DNA from: an uncultured Saprospiraceae bacterium
GTDB taxonomy: Bacteria > Bacteroidota > Bacteroidia > Chitinophagales > Saprospiraceae
DNA: 38,174 nt
Reading direction: 5' to 3'
NCBI GenBank assembly: GCA_937930625.1
Contig: CALHBW010000097.1
Coordinates: 1 to 38,174, forward strand
The position numbers were made by a program, and so were the translations under genes. The notes under the pieces are model-generated. The model did not search any database and was not told the origin of the DNA. It worked only from the letters and a program-made list of their open reading frames with translations. Positions 25,598-32,874 of this stretch are shown here, piece by piece. Numbering within the stretch: the first letter of the stretch is position 1; each line of letters starts with the position of its first letter.

Positions 25598-25978
25598 ATG
25601 TGGGAAATTGAGTTGATTCCTGATGATGCTATTTTGTATTATCGTGTACACAAAGGGTTTGTGGTAGAAGGTCAGTTGATTCCGGGAGCATTTAAAGAAA
25701 GAGGCGAAGGTAAAAACAGAGGCATGTCAACCGATTGGAACAAATATTCAACAGTAGAAGAAGCACGCTCACGTTCGAAAAATGCTAAGGATAATGGCAT
25801 CGTGAGTTTCATTGTAGGTGAGGCGCGCAACATCAAAGATATTGTGGTAGAACATGCTCCTCAACCTGACAATCAAGCGCATAGTCACATCAAAGGGATT
25901 CCACAAAAAAAGCCAATGAAAACCCGTATTCGCCGTCAATTATTGGATGCTTGTACTTGGGAAGTTAAACCTGGATAA
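25598..25978 (+). CDS. Hypothetical protein (126 aa)
   Basis: Starts 9 nt after the preceding stop. MWEIELIPDDAILYYRVHKGF...GMSTDWNKY...VVEHAPQPDNQAHSHIKG.... No family recognised by eye. Confidence 0.6.
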   Translation: MWEIELIPDDAILYYRVHKGFVVEGQLIPGAFKERGEGKNRGMSTDWNKYSTVEEARSRSKNAKDNGIVSFIVGEARNIKDIVVEHAPQPDNQAHSHIKGIPQKKPMKTRIRRQLLDACTWEVKPG

Positions 25979-26008
25979 AATAACTCACTCAACTTAGTTC
26001 AATAAAAA

Positions 26009-26581
26009 ATGCAAACAAAAATACCAACAACACACCAACTCAAAACCCCAAGATTTCTATTGAGAATACCCAATAAAGCAGACATTCCCTTCGTGTTTTC
26101 TGCAACAAGATTCGAGGGATTTAATGATGGAATGGTCTGGAATCCGCCTGAAAAAATAGAAGATTTGCACGAACCTCTACAAAACAACATCAAAGCATGG
26201 GAAGCCGGAAAGGGCTACGCTTTCACCATCACAGAAAAAGAGGATGGTAAACCATTAGGCAGAATTTCCATCCGAAAAACGAACAAAGCCAACAGATGGA
26301 ACGTTGGATTCTGGACGCATCCCGAATCGCAAAAAAAAGGCGTAATGACCGAAGCTCTCAAAGCGGTTTTGAACTTTGGATTTGAAGAATTGTCAGCTAC
26401 CGAAATCGAAGCCTGTCATGCCCTCTGGAACAAAGCCAGCGAAAAAGTATTGCTACGAAACGGGATGAAATTTGAGCGTTATCTTGCAGAAGGCTTCCAA
26501 AAAAACGGACAATGGATAGAAGAAAATTTGCTCGTCATTGACAGCAAACAATGGAACAAAATCAGGAAAAGTCACACATGA
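26009..26581 (+). CDS. GNAT family N-acetyltransferase (RimJ/RimL-like)
   Basis: 190 aa, ..TPRFLLRIPNKADIPFVF...WTHPESQKKGVMTEALKAVLNFGFEEL...NKASEKVLLRNGMKFE. Confidence 0.8.
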   Translation: MQTKIPTTHQLKTPRFLLRIPNKADIPFVFSATRFEGFNDGMVWNPPEKIEDLHEPLQNNIKAWEAGKGYAFTITEKEDGKPLGRISIRKTNKANRWNVGFWTHPESQKKGVMTEALKAVLNFGFEELSATEIEACHALWNKASEKVLLRNGMKFERYLAEGFQKNGQWIEENLLVIDSKQWNKIRKSHT

Positions 26582-27189
26582 ACGAATCACCGATCACCAA
26601 GCAATTAGACTTTGAAAAAGGCGGCGGCATCCTCCCCGCCATCATTCAGGATAGCGACACCCGCCAAGTCCTCATGCTCGGCTACATGAACCGCGAAGCA
26701 CTCAACAAAACCCTCGCAGAAGGGCGCGTCACCTTCTACAGTCGCAGCAAAGAACGCCTCTGGACAAAAGGCAAAACCTCCGGCAACTACCTCACTATCA
26801 AGGAAATAAAAATAGATTGTGACAACGATACGATACTCGTACAGGCAAGCCCCGCAGGTCCCGTCTGTCATACGGGCAGCGATACTTGCTTTGATGAAAC
26901 CAACGAAAACCAACACTTTTTACAGCACTTGGAGCGCGTTATACAGCAGCGACGCGACGAGCCTTCGGGCGAGTCCTACACCAGTTCGTTATTCCGCAAA
27001 GGCATCAACAAAGTCGCCCAAAAAGTAGGCGAAGAAGCCGTAGAACTCGTCATCGAAGCCAAAGACGACAACGACGACCTCTTTCTCGGCGAAGCGGCAG
27101 ATTTGATGTATCATTACCTCGTCCTGCTTGCCGCCAAAGGCAAAACCCTCAAAGATGTCATCCAAGTACTCGAATCAAGGCATAAATGA
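26578..27189 (+). CDS. hisIE: Bifunctional phosphoribosyl-AMP cyclohydrolase / phosphoribosyl-ATP pyrophosphatase
   Basis: ORF 26551..27189 trimmed to the Met at 26578 (ATGA overlap with the GNAT stop). HisI motifs LPAIIQD...YSRSKERLWTKGKTSGN...CDNDT...CHTG and a HisE C-terminal half. Confidence 0.9.
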   Translation: MNESPITKQLDFEKGGGILPAIIQDSDTRQVLMLGYMNREALNKTLAEGRVTFYSRSKERLWTKGKTSGNYLTIKEIKIDCDNDTILVQASPAGPVCHTGSDTCFDETNENQHFLQHLERVIQQRRDEPSGESYTSSLFRKGINKVAQKVGEEAVELVIEAKDDNDDLFLGEAADLMYHYLVLLAAKGKTLKDVIQVLESRHK

Positions 27190-27196
27190 TAATTAC

Positions 27197-27320
27197 ATTG
27201 TTTCATAGTTTCATGGTTCGATTGTTTGATGGTTCGATTGCCAGATGGTTTAGCCGTTTTTTTGCTTCGCAAAAAAACGATAATAATAATGAAACAATGA
27301 AACCATCAAACAATCGAATC
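27197..27320. repeat. Word-palindrome, GGTTCGATTGTTTGATGG words with TTTGCTTCGCAAA core; overlaps the glycosyltransferase start
   Basis: Left arm attgtttcatagtttcatggttcgattgtttgatggttcgattg; core 27257-27277; right arm aatgaaacaatgaaaccatcaaacaatcgaatc. An 18-nt run, ttcgattgtttgatggtt, is complementary. The ATG at 27297 lies in the right arm. Confidence 0.88.
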
Positions 27321-28862
27321 ATCCTCATTTTCTTCGCCTTTTTCTTCCTCATTCGGCTCATCGGCATTACCAATTCGCCACTCGAAATCGGGCATAATTG
27401 GCGGCAATGCCTCACGAATATGGTCGCAAGAAATTTCCTCGAAATCGACGCGAATATTTTCTTTCCACGCATCGACATTGCAGGCGAGAAAACGGGCATT
27501 ATGGGCGCAGAATTTCCACTGTTCAATTACTTGATTTACTTGGCTTCGTGGCTCTTTGGTGAGACGCATTGGCATGGTCGGTGGATAAATTTAATCGTCT
27601 CTACCGCAGGTATTTATTATTATTTTTTATTGGTAAAAGAATTATTTAACAAAAAAATAGCCGCTTACGCGACCATTATTTTGACCGTATCTGTATGGTT
27701 TGATTTTTCGCGTAAAATAATGCCCGACACCTTCAGCGTCGCGCTCGTGCTAATTGGGTTTTACTACGGTTTTTGCTATCTCAAAAAAGGAAATTTTTGG
27801 CGACTTGCACTCTTTTTTGCACTCATTACATTAGGCATTTTAAGCAAATTATCTGCCCTTAGCCTAATGAGCTTTCTGCTGATTCCCCTCTTAATTCCAC
27901 AAATAAAAATCGGACGTAAAATCGCTATGACATTGGCGGCTGCCTTGTGCGTCACATTGGTCGGCGCATGGTATTTTTATTGGGTGCCACATTTAGCAGA
28001 AGCGTATGGTTACATGCTTTATTTCCCAAGAAGCCTTGCAGAAGGCGCAGCAGAAATCGCAGTATTATGGCAACTGACTTTGGAGAAATTTTACTTTAGT
28101 GCCTTTCATTCTTATGTGGCTTTTGCGTGTTTTTTGGTGGGTTTGTTTGTTTTATTTTTTAATAATTTTTGGACTCGAAATAAAATCGAAAATTCGCGCT
28201 CTGTGTCGTCCTCCCCCCAGCCCCCTCCAAAGGGGGAGACGAATGCGAGTAGTTCTTCGCTTCGCGAAGAATCTCCCCCTTTGGAGGGGGCTGGGGGGTG
28301 GAAAAACGGTAAAGCGCATTTTTTTAATTTAATTAATGATAAAAAAATATTTTATTTAAAGATAGGAATAATCACATTCGCACTGATTTTCTTTTTATTT
28401 ATGCTAAAAACGGGCGAAGTATTCCCTCTGCATAATTATTACATCATTCCTGCTGTGCCTTTGATGGCTTTAGTTGCTGCTTTATTTCTCGCTAATTTAA
28501 AACCCAAATACGCGCTAATTATTCTGACCGTCATCACAATTGAAGGCATTGCCAATCAGTACCATGAATTTTTTATCAAAAAAAATGAGCGTTATAAATT
28601 AACATTGGAAAGCATTGCAGATAAGATAACGCAAGCAGACGACCTCATCATCATCAACGACGGCAGCCGCAACCCACAACAAATGTACTTCGCCCACCGC
28701 AAAGGCTGGACGATTAATCAGGAAGACCTCAACCCCGCACATATCGCTCAAATGCAGACACTTGGCGCAAGTTATTTATTCGTCAACAAAAATTTATCAC
28801 AACAAAAATTTGAATATAAAACAGTGTACGAAGACAAGCATTACATCATCTACAAATTATAA
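27297..28862 (+). CDS. ArnT/PMT-like (GT39/GT83-type) membrane glycosyltransferase
   Basis: ORF 27186..28862. All candidate starts lie inside a repeat; Met38 (27297) precedes the first TM. Polytopic N-terminal part with a soluble C-terminal part. Carries an in-frame GC-rich palindrome at 28213..28298. Confidence 0.7.
   Translation: MKPSNNRIILIFFAFFFLIRLIGITNSPLEIGHNWRQCLTNMVARNFLEIDANIFFPRIDIAGEKTGIMGAEFPLFNYLIYLASWLFGETHWHGRWINLIVSTAGIYYYFLLVKELFNKKIAAYATIILTVSVWFDFSRKIMPDTFSVALVLIGFYYGFCYLKKGNFWRLALFFALITLGILSKLSALSLMSFLLIPLLIPQIKIGRKIAMTLAAALCVTLVGAWYFYWVPHLAEAYGYMLYFPRSLAEGAAEIAVLWQLTLEKFYFSAFHSYVAFACFLVGLFVLFFNNFWTRNKIENSRSVSSSPQPPPKGETNASSSSLREESPPLEGAGGWKNGKAHFFNLINDKKIFYLKIGIITFALIFFLFMLKTGEVFPLHNYYIIPAVPLMALVAALFLANLKPKYALIILTVITIEGIANQYHEFFIKKNERYKLTLESIADKITQADDLIIINDGSRNPQQMYFAHRKGWTINQEDLNPAHIAQMQTLGASYLFVNKNLSQQKFEYKTVYEDKHYIIYKL
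28213..28298. repeat. GC-rich palindromic element (27-bp perfect IR) inside a CDS
   Basis: ccccccagccccctccaaagggggaga (28213-28239) is the exact reverse complement of 28272-28298. The spacer holds ttcttcgc-ttc-gcgaagaa. Translated in frame as SPQPPPKGETNASSSSLREESPPLEGAGGW. Confidence 0.92.
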
Positions 28863-28863
28863 A

Positions 28864-28982
28864 CCCGTCAACTCATCAATTCGTCACCTCATCAACCCGT
28901 CAACTCATCAATTCATGAACCCGTCACCTCATCAACTCGTCAACTCGTCAACTCATCAACCCGTCAATTCATCAACCCGTCA
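28864..28982. repeat. One-armed ~119-bp tandem array of CCGTCAACTCATCAAC-type words
   Basis: About 7 units with a period near 16 nt. Same word family as the right arm of 5528..5693. No complementary arm nearby. Confidence 0.88.
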
Positions 28983-29020
28983 AAAAAAAATGGTCTGCCG
29001 CGAAAAACGCATCAGACCAT
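28982..29020 (-). terminator. Second terminator-like hairpin downstream of hutH
   Basis: The minus strand reads atggtctg-15 nt-cagaccat followed by T9 (A9 at 28982-28990 on +). Confidence 0.55.
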
Positions 29021-29040
29021 TGATTCACACAAAACAAACC

Positions 29041-29061
29041 TTAAAACCGGAATTTTTCCGG
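29041..29061 (-). terminator. Terminator-like hairpin directly after hutH
   Basis: ccggaa-ttt-ttccgg (6-bp stem), followed on the minus strand by TTTTAAGG. Confidence 0.5.
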
Positions 29062-29097
29062 CTTGATTTAATTCTCCAAATTTCAAGCCAAAGAATG

Positions 29098-30588
29098 TTA
29101 AAAAACGAGCTTTTGCAAAAAATCAATGGTCTTTTGTATATCGGGTTGTAGGTAGCGGTCATCTTCTAAAGTCGTCACAACTTCCCGATATTGCCCGACA
29201 ATTTTTTCAATTTGCGGCGATGATAATGCAGGACGACGAAATTCTAATGCTTGCATACCAATCATAAATTCTATGGCGAGCAGTCGCTCCAGATTTTGCA
29301 CGACGCGATAGGCTTTGGTCGCGGCATTCGCAGCCATACTTACGTGGTCTTCTTGTCCATTCGACGAGACAATGCTATCCACCGAAGCAGGTGTGCAAAG
29401 CTGTTTGTTCTGACTCACAATTGCGGCAGCGAGATATTGCAACATCATCAAACCGGAATTTAACCCTGAATTTTTCGCTAAAAAAACAGGCAAACCACGC
29501 GCTCCCGAAATGATTTGATACAAACGTCGCTCTGAAATATTCCCCAATTCTGCTAAGGCAATCGCCAACATATCCAAAGGCAAAGCAAGCGGTTGAGCAT
29601 GAAAATTTCCGCCGGAAAGCACCGCATCAGTTTCATCAAAAACATTGGGATTGTCGGTCACTGAATTGGCTTCCGTAAATACGGCTTGGCGTATATATGC
29701 GAGGGCGTCCTTGCTCGCGCCATGCACTTGCGGTACGCAACGAAAGGCGTAAGGGTCTTGAACGGAGTATTTTTCGAGTTGAGCTATTTTACTGCCTTTC
29801 AGCCAATTACGAATGGTCGCAGCCGTTTCAATTTGTCCGGTATGCGGACGAATATCATGCAGACGTGCATCAAAAGGTGTGAGTTGACATTGAAAAGCAT
29901 CGACAGAAATAGCGGCATTGAGGTCGGCGAGTTGACTAAGACGATTGGCTTGCGTGACACACCAAACGGCATATGCCAACGAAAATTGCGTCCCGTTCAA
30001 CAAAGCCAAACCTTCCTTTGATTGCAATTTGACAGGCGGAAAAGCCACCTCTGCAGGCAAGTCACTCACAGGTATTTTTCTGCCTTTATAATATATATTT
30101 CCGATGCCGATAAGCGCGAGACTCATATGCGCCAAAGGAATCAAATCACCCGAAGCGCCAAGCGAACCTTGTTCAAATATTTCCGGTAAAATATCGTGAT
30201 TATACAAATGTATCAATCGCTCCACTGTCTCCAATCGCACTGCTGAATGTCCGTAAGAAAGGCTCTGAATCTTGAGCAACAACATCAGACGTATCACTTC
30301 GAGCGGGACAGCATCGCCCGTCCCGCAAGCGTGCGAAACGACCAAATTATATTGTAGTTGTTCGAGTTTTTCTTGCGAAATGCGAATATCGCAGAGTTTT
30401 CCGAAGCCTGTATTGACCCCATAAATCGCTGCATCTGTTTCGCTTAAAATGCGTTCCAAATAGGCGCGATTTTTCTGTATCATCTGGCGGCTTGCCTTTG
30501 ATAATTCAAGTTGGTGGGGCGTAGCGATGAGTTCTGCCAAACGTTCGAGCGTCAGCGTATCCGGGCTGATTTGGTGAATATGTACCAT
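29098..30588 (-). CDS. hutH: Histidine ammonia-lyase
   Basis: ORF 29098..30720 trimmed to Met45 (cat 30586-30588): MVHIHQISPDTLTLERLAE..., 496 aa. MIO-forming GASGDL motif. The upstream ORF part translates repeats and a hairpin. Confidence 0.9.
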   Translation of the reverse strand: MVHIHQISPDTLTLERLAELIATPHQLELSKASRQMIQKNRAYLERILSETDAAIYGVNTGFGKLCDIRISQEKLEQLQYNLVVSHACGTGDAVPLEVIRLMLLLKIQSLSYGHSAVRLETVERLIHLYNHDILPEIFEQGSLGASGDLIPLAHMSLALIGIGNIYYKGRKIPVSDLPAEVAFPPVKLQSKEGLALLNGTQFSLAYAVWCVTQANRLSQLADLNAAISVDAFQCQLTPFDARLHDIRPHTGQIETAATIRNWLKGSKIAQLEKYSVQDPYAFRCVPQVHGASKDALAYIRQAVFTEANSVTDNPNVFDETDAVLSGGNFHAQPLALPLDMLAIALAELGNISERRLYQIISGARGLPVFLAKNSGLNSGLMMLQYLAAAIVSQNKQLCTPASVDSIVSSNGQEDHVSMAANAATKAYRVVQNLERLLAIEFMIGMQALEFRRPALSSPQIEKIVGQYREVVTTLEDDRYLQPDIQKTIDFLQKLVF

Positions 30589-30608
30589 GCGAAAAAAAAA
30601 TTTGACTG

Positions 30609-30616
30609 CAAATGTA
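30609..30616 (-). promoter_or_regulatory. Possible -7 box (TACATTTG) for hutH
   Basis: Exact TAnnTTTG match on the minus strand, 20 nt upstream of the hutH ATG. The -33 spacing is ambiguous. Confidence 0.3.
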
Positions 30617-30812
30617 CTCAAATTCCAAATTCCAAAAAACAAATTCCAACCGTTGCGTACTGCCTTCGGCTTGCGTCGCGTACTAATTAGCCAAACTAAT
30701 GTGGCGCAAGCCGGAGGCATTGCGCTAGGGTTTGTCCAAATTACAATTTGATACGGAGAATTTGCAATTTCTTGTTTGATTCACACGAAAATGTAGTATT
30801 TTTGTTTCTCTA

Positions 30813-31028
30813 TTGTCGTTGATTCGTTATTCGTTGATTCGTTATCCGTGTATTCGTTACTCGTGTATTCGTTATTCGTTGACTCGTTATTTGTTGATTT
30901 TATTTGCCAAAGGCAAAATAAAAAAACAAGTACACGAATAACGAGTACACGAAATAACGGGTACACAAATAACGAATACACGAGTCAACGAAACACGAAT
31001 AACGAATCAACGAATAACGAATACACGA
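30813..31028. repeat. ~216-bp word-palindrome, CGAATAA/CGTGTAT words with TTTGCCAAAGGCAAA core
   Basis: ~86-nt left arm and ~104-nt right arm. For example attcgttattcgttgattcgttatccgtgt is complementary, bar 1 mismatch, to acacgaataacgaatcaacgaataacgaat. Core at 30903-30917. The right arm ends 1 nt before the recN ATG. Confidence 0.9.
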
Positions 31029-31029
31029 A

Positions 31030-32685
31030 ATGATAACTCGTTTACAAATAAAAAATTACGCGATTATTGAGAAGGTCGAAATCGACTTTTCCGATAATCT
31101 GACCATTATTACCGGGGAGACAGGTGCGGGAAAGTCAATTTTACTGGGCGCATTGGGTTTGATTATGGGCAAACGCGCAGATACGCGCGTACTGTACGAA
31201 GCAGAGAAAAAATGCGTAGTGGAAGCCGAATTTGATATTCGCAAGTATAAATTGAAAAGTTTTTTTGAGGAAAATGACCTGTTTTATGATAAAGATACGA
31301 CGATTCGACGGGAGCTTTTTCCTTCCGGCAAATCACGGGCTTTTATCAACGATACACCGGTCAATTTGAATTTGATGAAGCAATTGAGTGCTGCGCTGAT
31401 TGATTTGCACCAGCAATTTGATACGATGGATATTCATAATGTATCATTCCAATTGCGGATGTTGGATGCGCTGGCAAATAACAGTGATTTGCTGGATGAT
31501 TACACGGAATTATACGCCAAATATCGTGTGAATGTCAACCGCCTCAATCAACTCATTGCCCATCAAAATGACTCTACGCGCGAGATGGATTTCCTCAAAT
31601 TCCAACTCGACGAACTCCACTCCGCAGAACTCATAGAAGGTCAACAAACCGAACTTGAAGACGAACTCAACACCCTCGCCAATGCCGAAGGTATTAAATT
31701 TGCATTGGGAAAAAGTTATCGACAAATCAGTGAAGATGAGGCGAGTATCATTAGTCAATTGACCGAACTCGGCAATGAATTGAGCGGTTTTGTAGATTTC
31801 AATGCGACATTGAGCAAATCGTATGACCGACTGATTAATGTGCGGGAAGAATTGCAGGATTTGGCAGGTGAATTTGAAAGCCTGAATGAAGACATAGAAC
31901 ACGACGAGGCGCGTATCATTGAGGTAAAAGAACGCCTTGATTTGATGTATAAATTGCAACAAAAACACAACGTACAATCGTTGCCCGAACTCCTCGCCAT
32001 TCAAACCGACCTTGAAAATAAATTAAGTATGTTTGGCGATAATACCGCCGAAATAACCGAATTAGAAGGGAAAATTGCGAAACAAGAAGATAAATTACAG
32101 AAGATAGCTAAAAAACTTTCCGAAAAACGCCATGCAGTGATTCCTGATTTTGAGGCGAAAATTCACAAGATGCTCACCTTGCTTTCGATGCAACACGCTC
32201 GCTTGAAAATCGACGTACAAACCACCGAAGCCCTCACGCCATCGGGTACAGACGAAGTAAATTTCTTATTTGCCGCGAATCAAGGCAGTCGTTTTGATTT
32301 GATAAAAAATGTAGCTTCGGGCGGTGAATTGTCCCGACTGACACTTAGCACAAAATCGCTCGTAGCCAGTGCGATTCCTTTACCGACCTTGATTTTTGAT
32401 GAAATCGACTCCGGCGTATCGGGCGATGTAGCACTCAAAATGGGCGACATCCTCACACGCCTTGCCAAGAAGCATCAAGTTGTTTCTATCACACACTCGC
32501 CGCAGGTCGCTGCCCGTGCAAATACGCATTACCACGTCAAGAAAAAAGCGAAAGACGGACGCACCTTTACGCGCATAAAAGAATTGGACAGAGAGGATAG
32601 AATCACCGAAATTGCGACGATGTTGAGCGGTAGTCCGCCTTCCGAATCAGCGAAAAAGAATGCAGCGGATTTGTTGGCGCGATGA
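31030..32685 (+). CDS. recN: DNA repair protein RecN
   Basis: 551 aa, MITRLQIKNYAIIEKVEIDF...ITGETGAGKSILLGAL...coiled coil...SGGELSRL...FDEIDSG. Confidence 0.95.
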   Translation: MITRLQIKNYAIIEKVEIDFSDNLTIITGETGAGKSILLGALGLIMGKRADTRVLYEAEKKCVVEAEFDIRKYKLKSFFEENDLFYDKDTTIRRELFPSGKSRAFINDTPVNLNLMKQLSAALIDLHQQFDTMDIHNVSFQLRMLDALANNSDLLDDYTELYAKYRVNVNRLNQLIAHQNDSTREMDFLKFQLDELHSAELIEGQQTELEDELNTLANAEGIKFALGKSYRQISEDEASIISQLTELGNELSGFVDFNATLSKSYDRLINVREELQDLAGEFESLNEDIEHDEARIIEVKERLDLMYKLQQKHNVQSLPELLAIQTDLENKLSMFGDNTAEITELEGKIAKQEDKLQKIAKKLSEKRHAVIPDFEAKIHKMLTLLSMQHARLKIDVQTTEALTPSGTDEVNFLFAANQGSRFDLIKNVASGGELSRLTLSTKSLVASAIPLPTLIFDEIDSGVSGDVALKMGDILTRLAKKHQVVSITHSPQVAARANTHYHVKKKAKDGRTFTRIKELDREDRITEIATMLSGSPPSESAKKNAADLLAR

Positions 32686-32696
32686 CCGTAGTGCCG

Positions 32697-32874
32697 TTAT
32701 TCGTTGACTCGTTATTCGTTTTTTAACTAATTAATAATCAATGACTTACTGCAATTTTTAATTGTCAATGAATTACGAATCAAACCAGTATGCGAATTTT
32801 ATACTTATAATTTTGCGAAGCAAAATCCAATCAAAAATCAAAAATCACTCACTCCATCAAAAATCATTTCACTC
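32697..32874. repeat. Composite element after recN (CGAATAA words, TTTGCGAAGCAAA core, AATCAAAAATCAC words)
   Basis: 32697-32730 is identical to 23607-23640. Core at 32812-32824. The tail tccaatcaaaaatcaaaaatcactcactccatcaaaaatcatttcactc runs into the stop of the 32864 gene. Confidence 0.8.
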
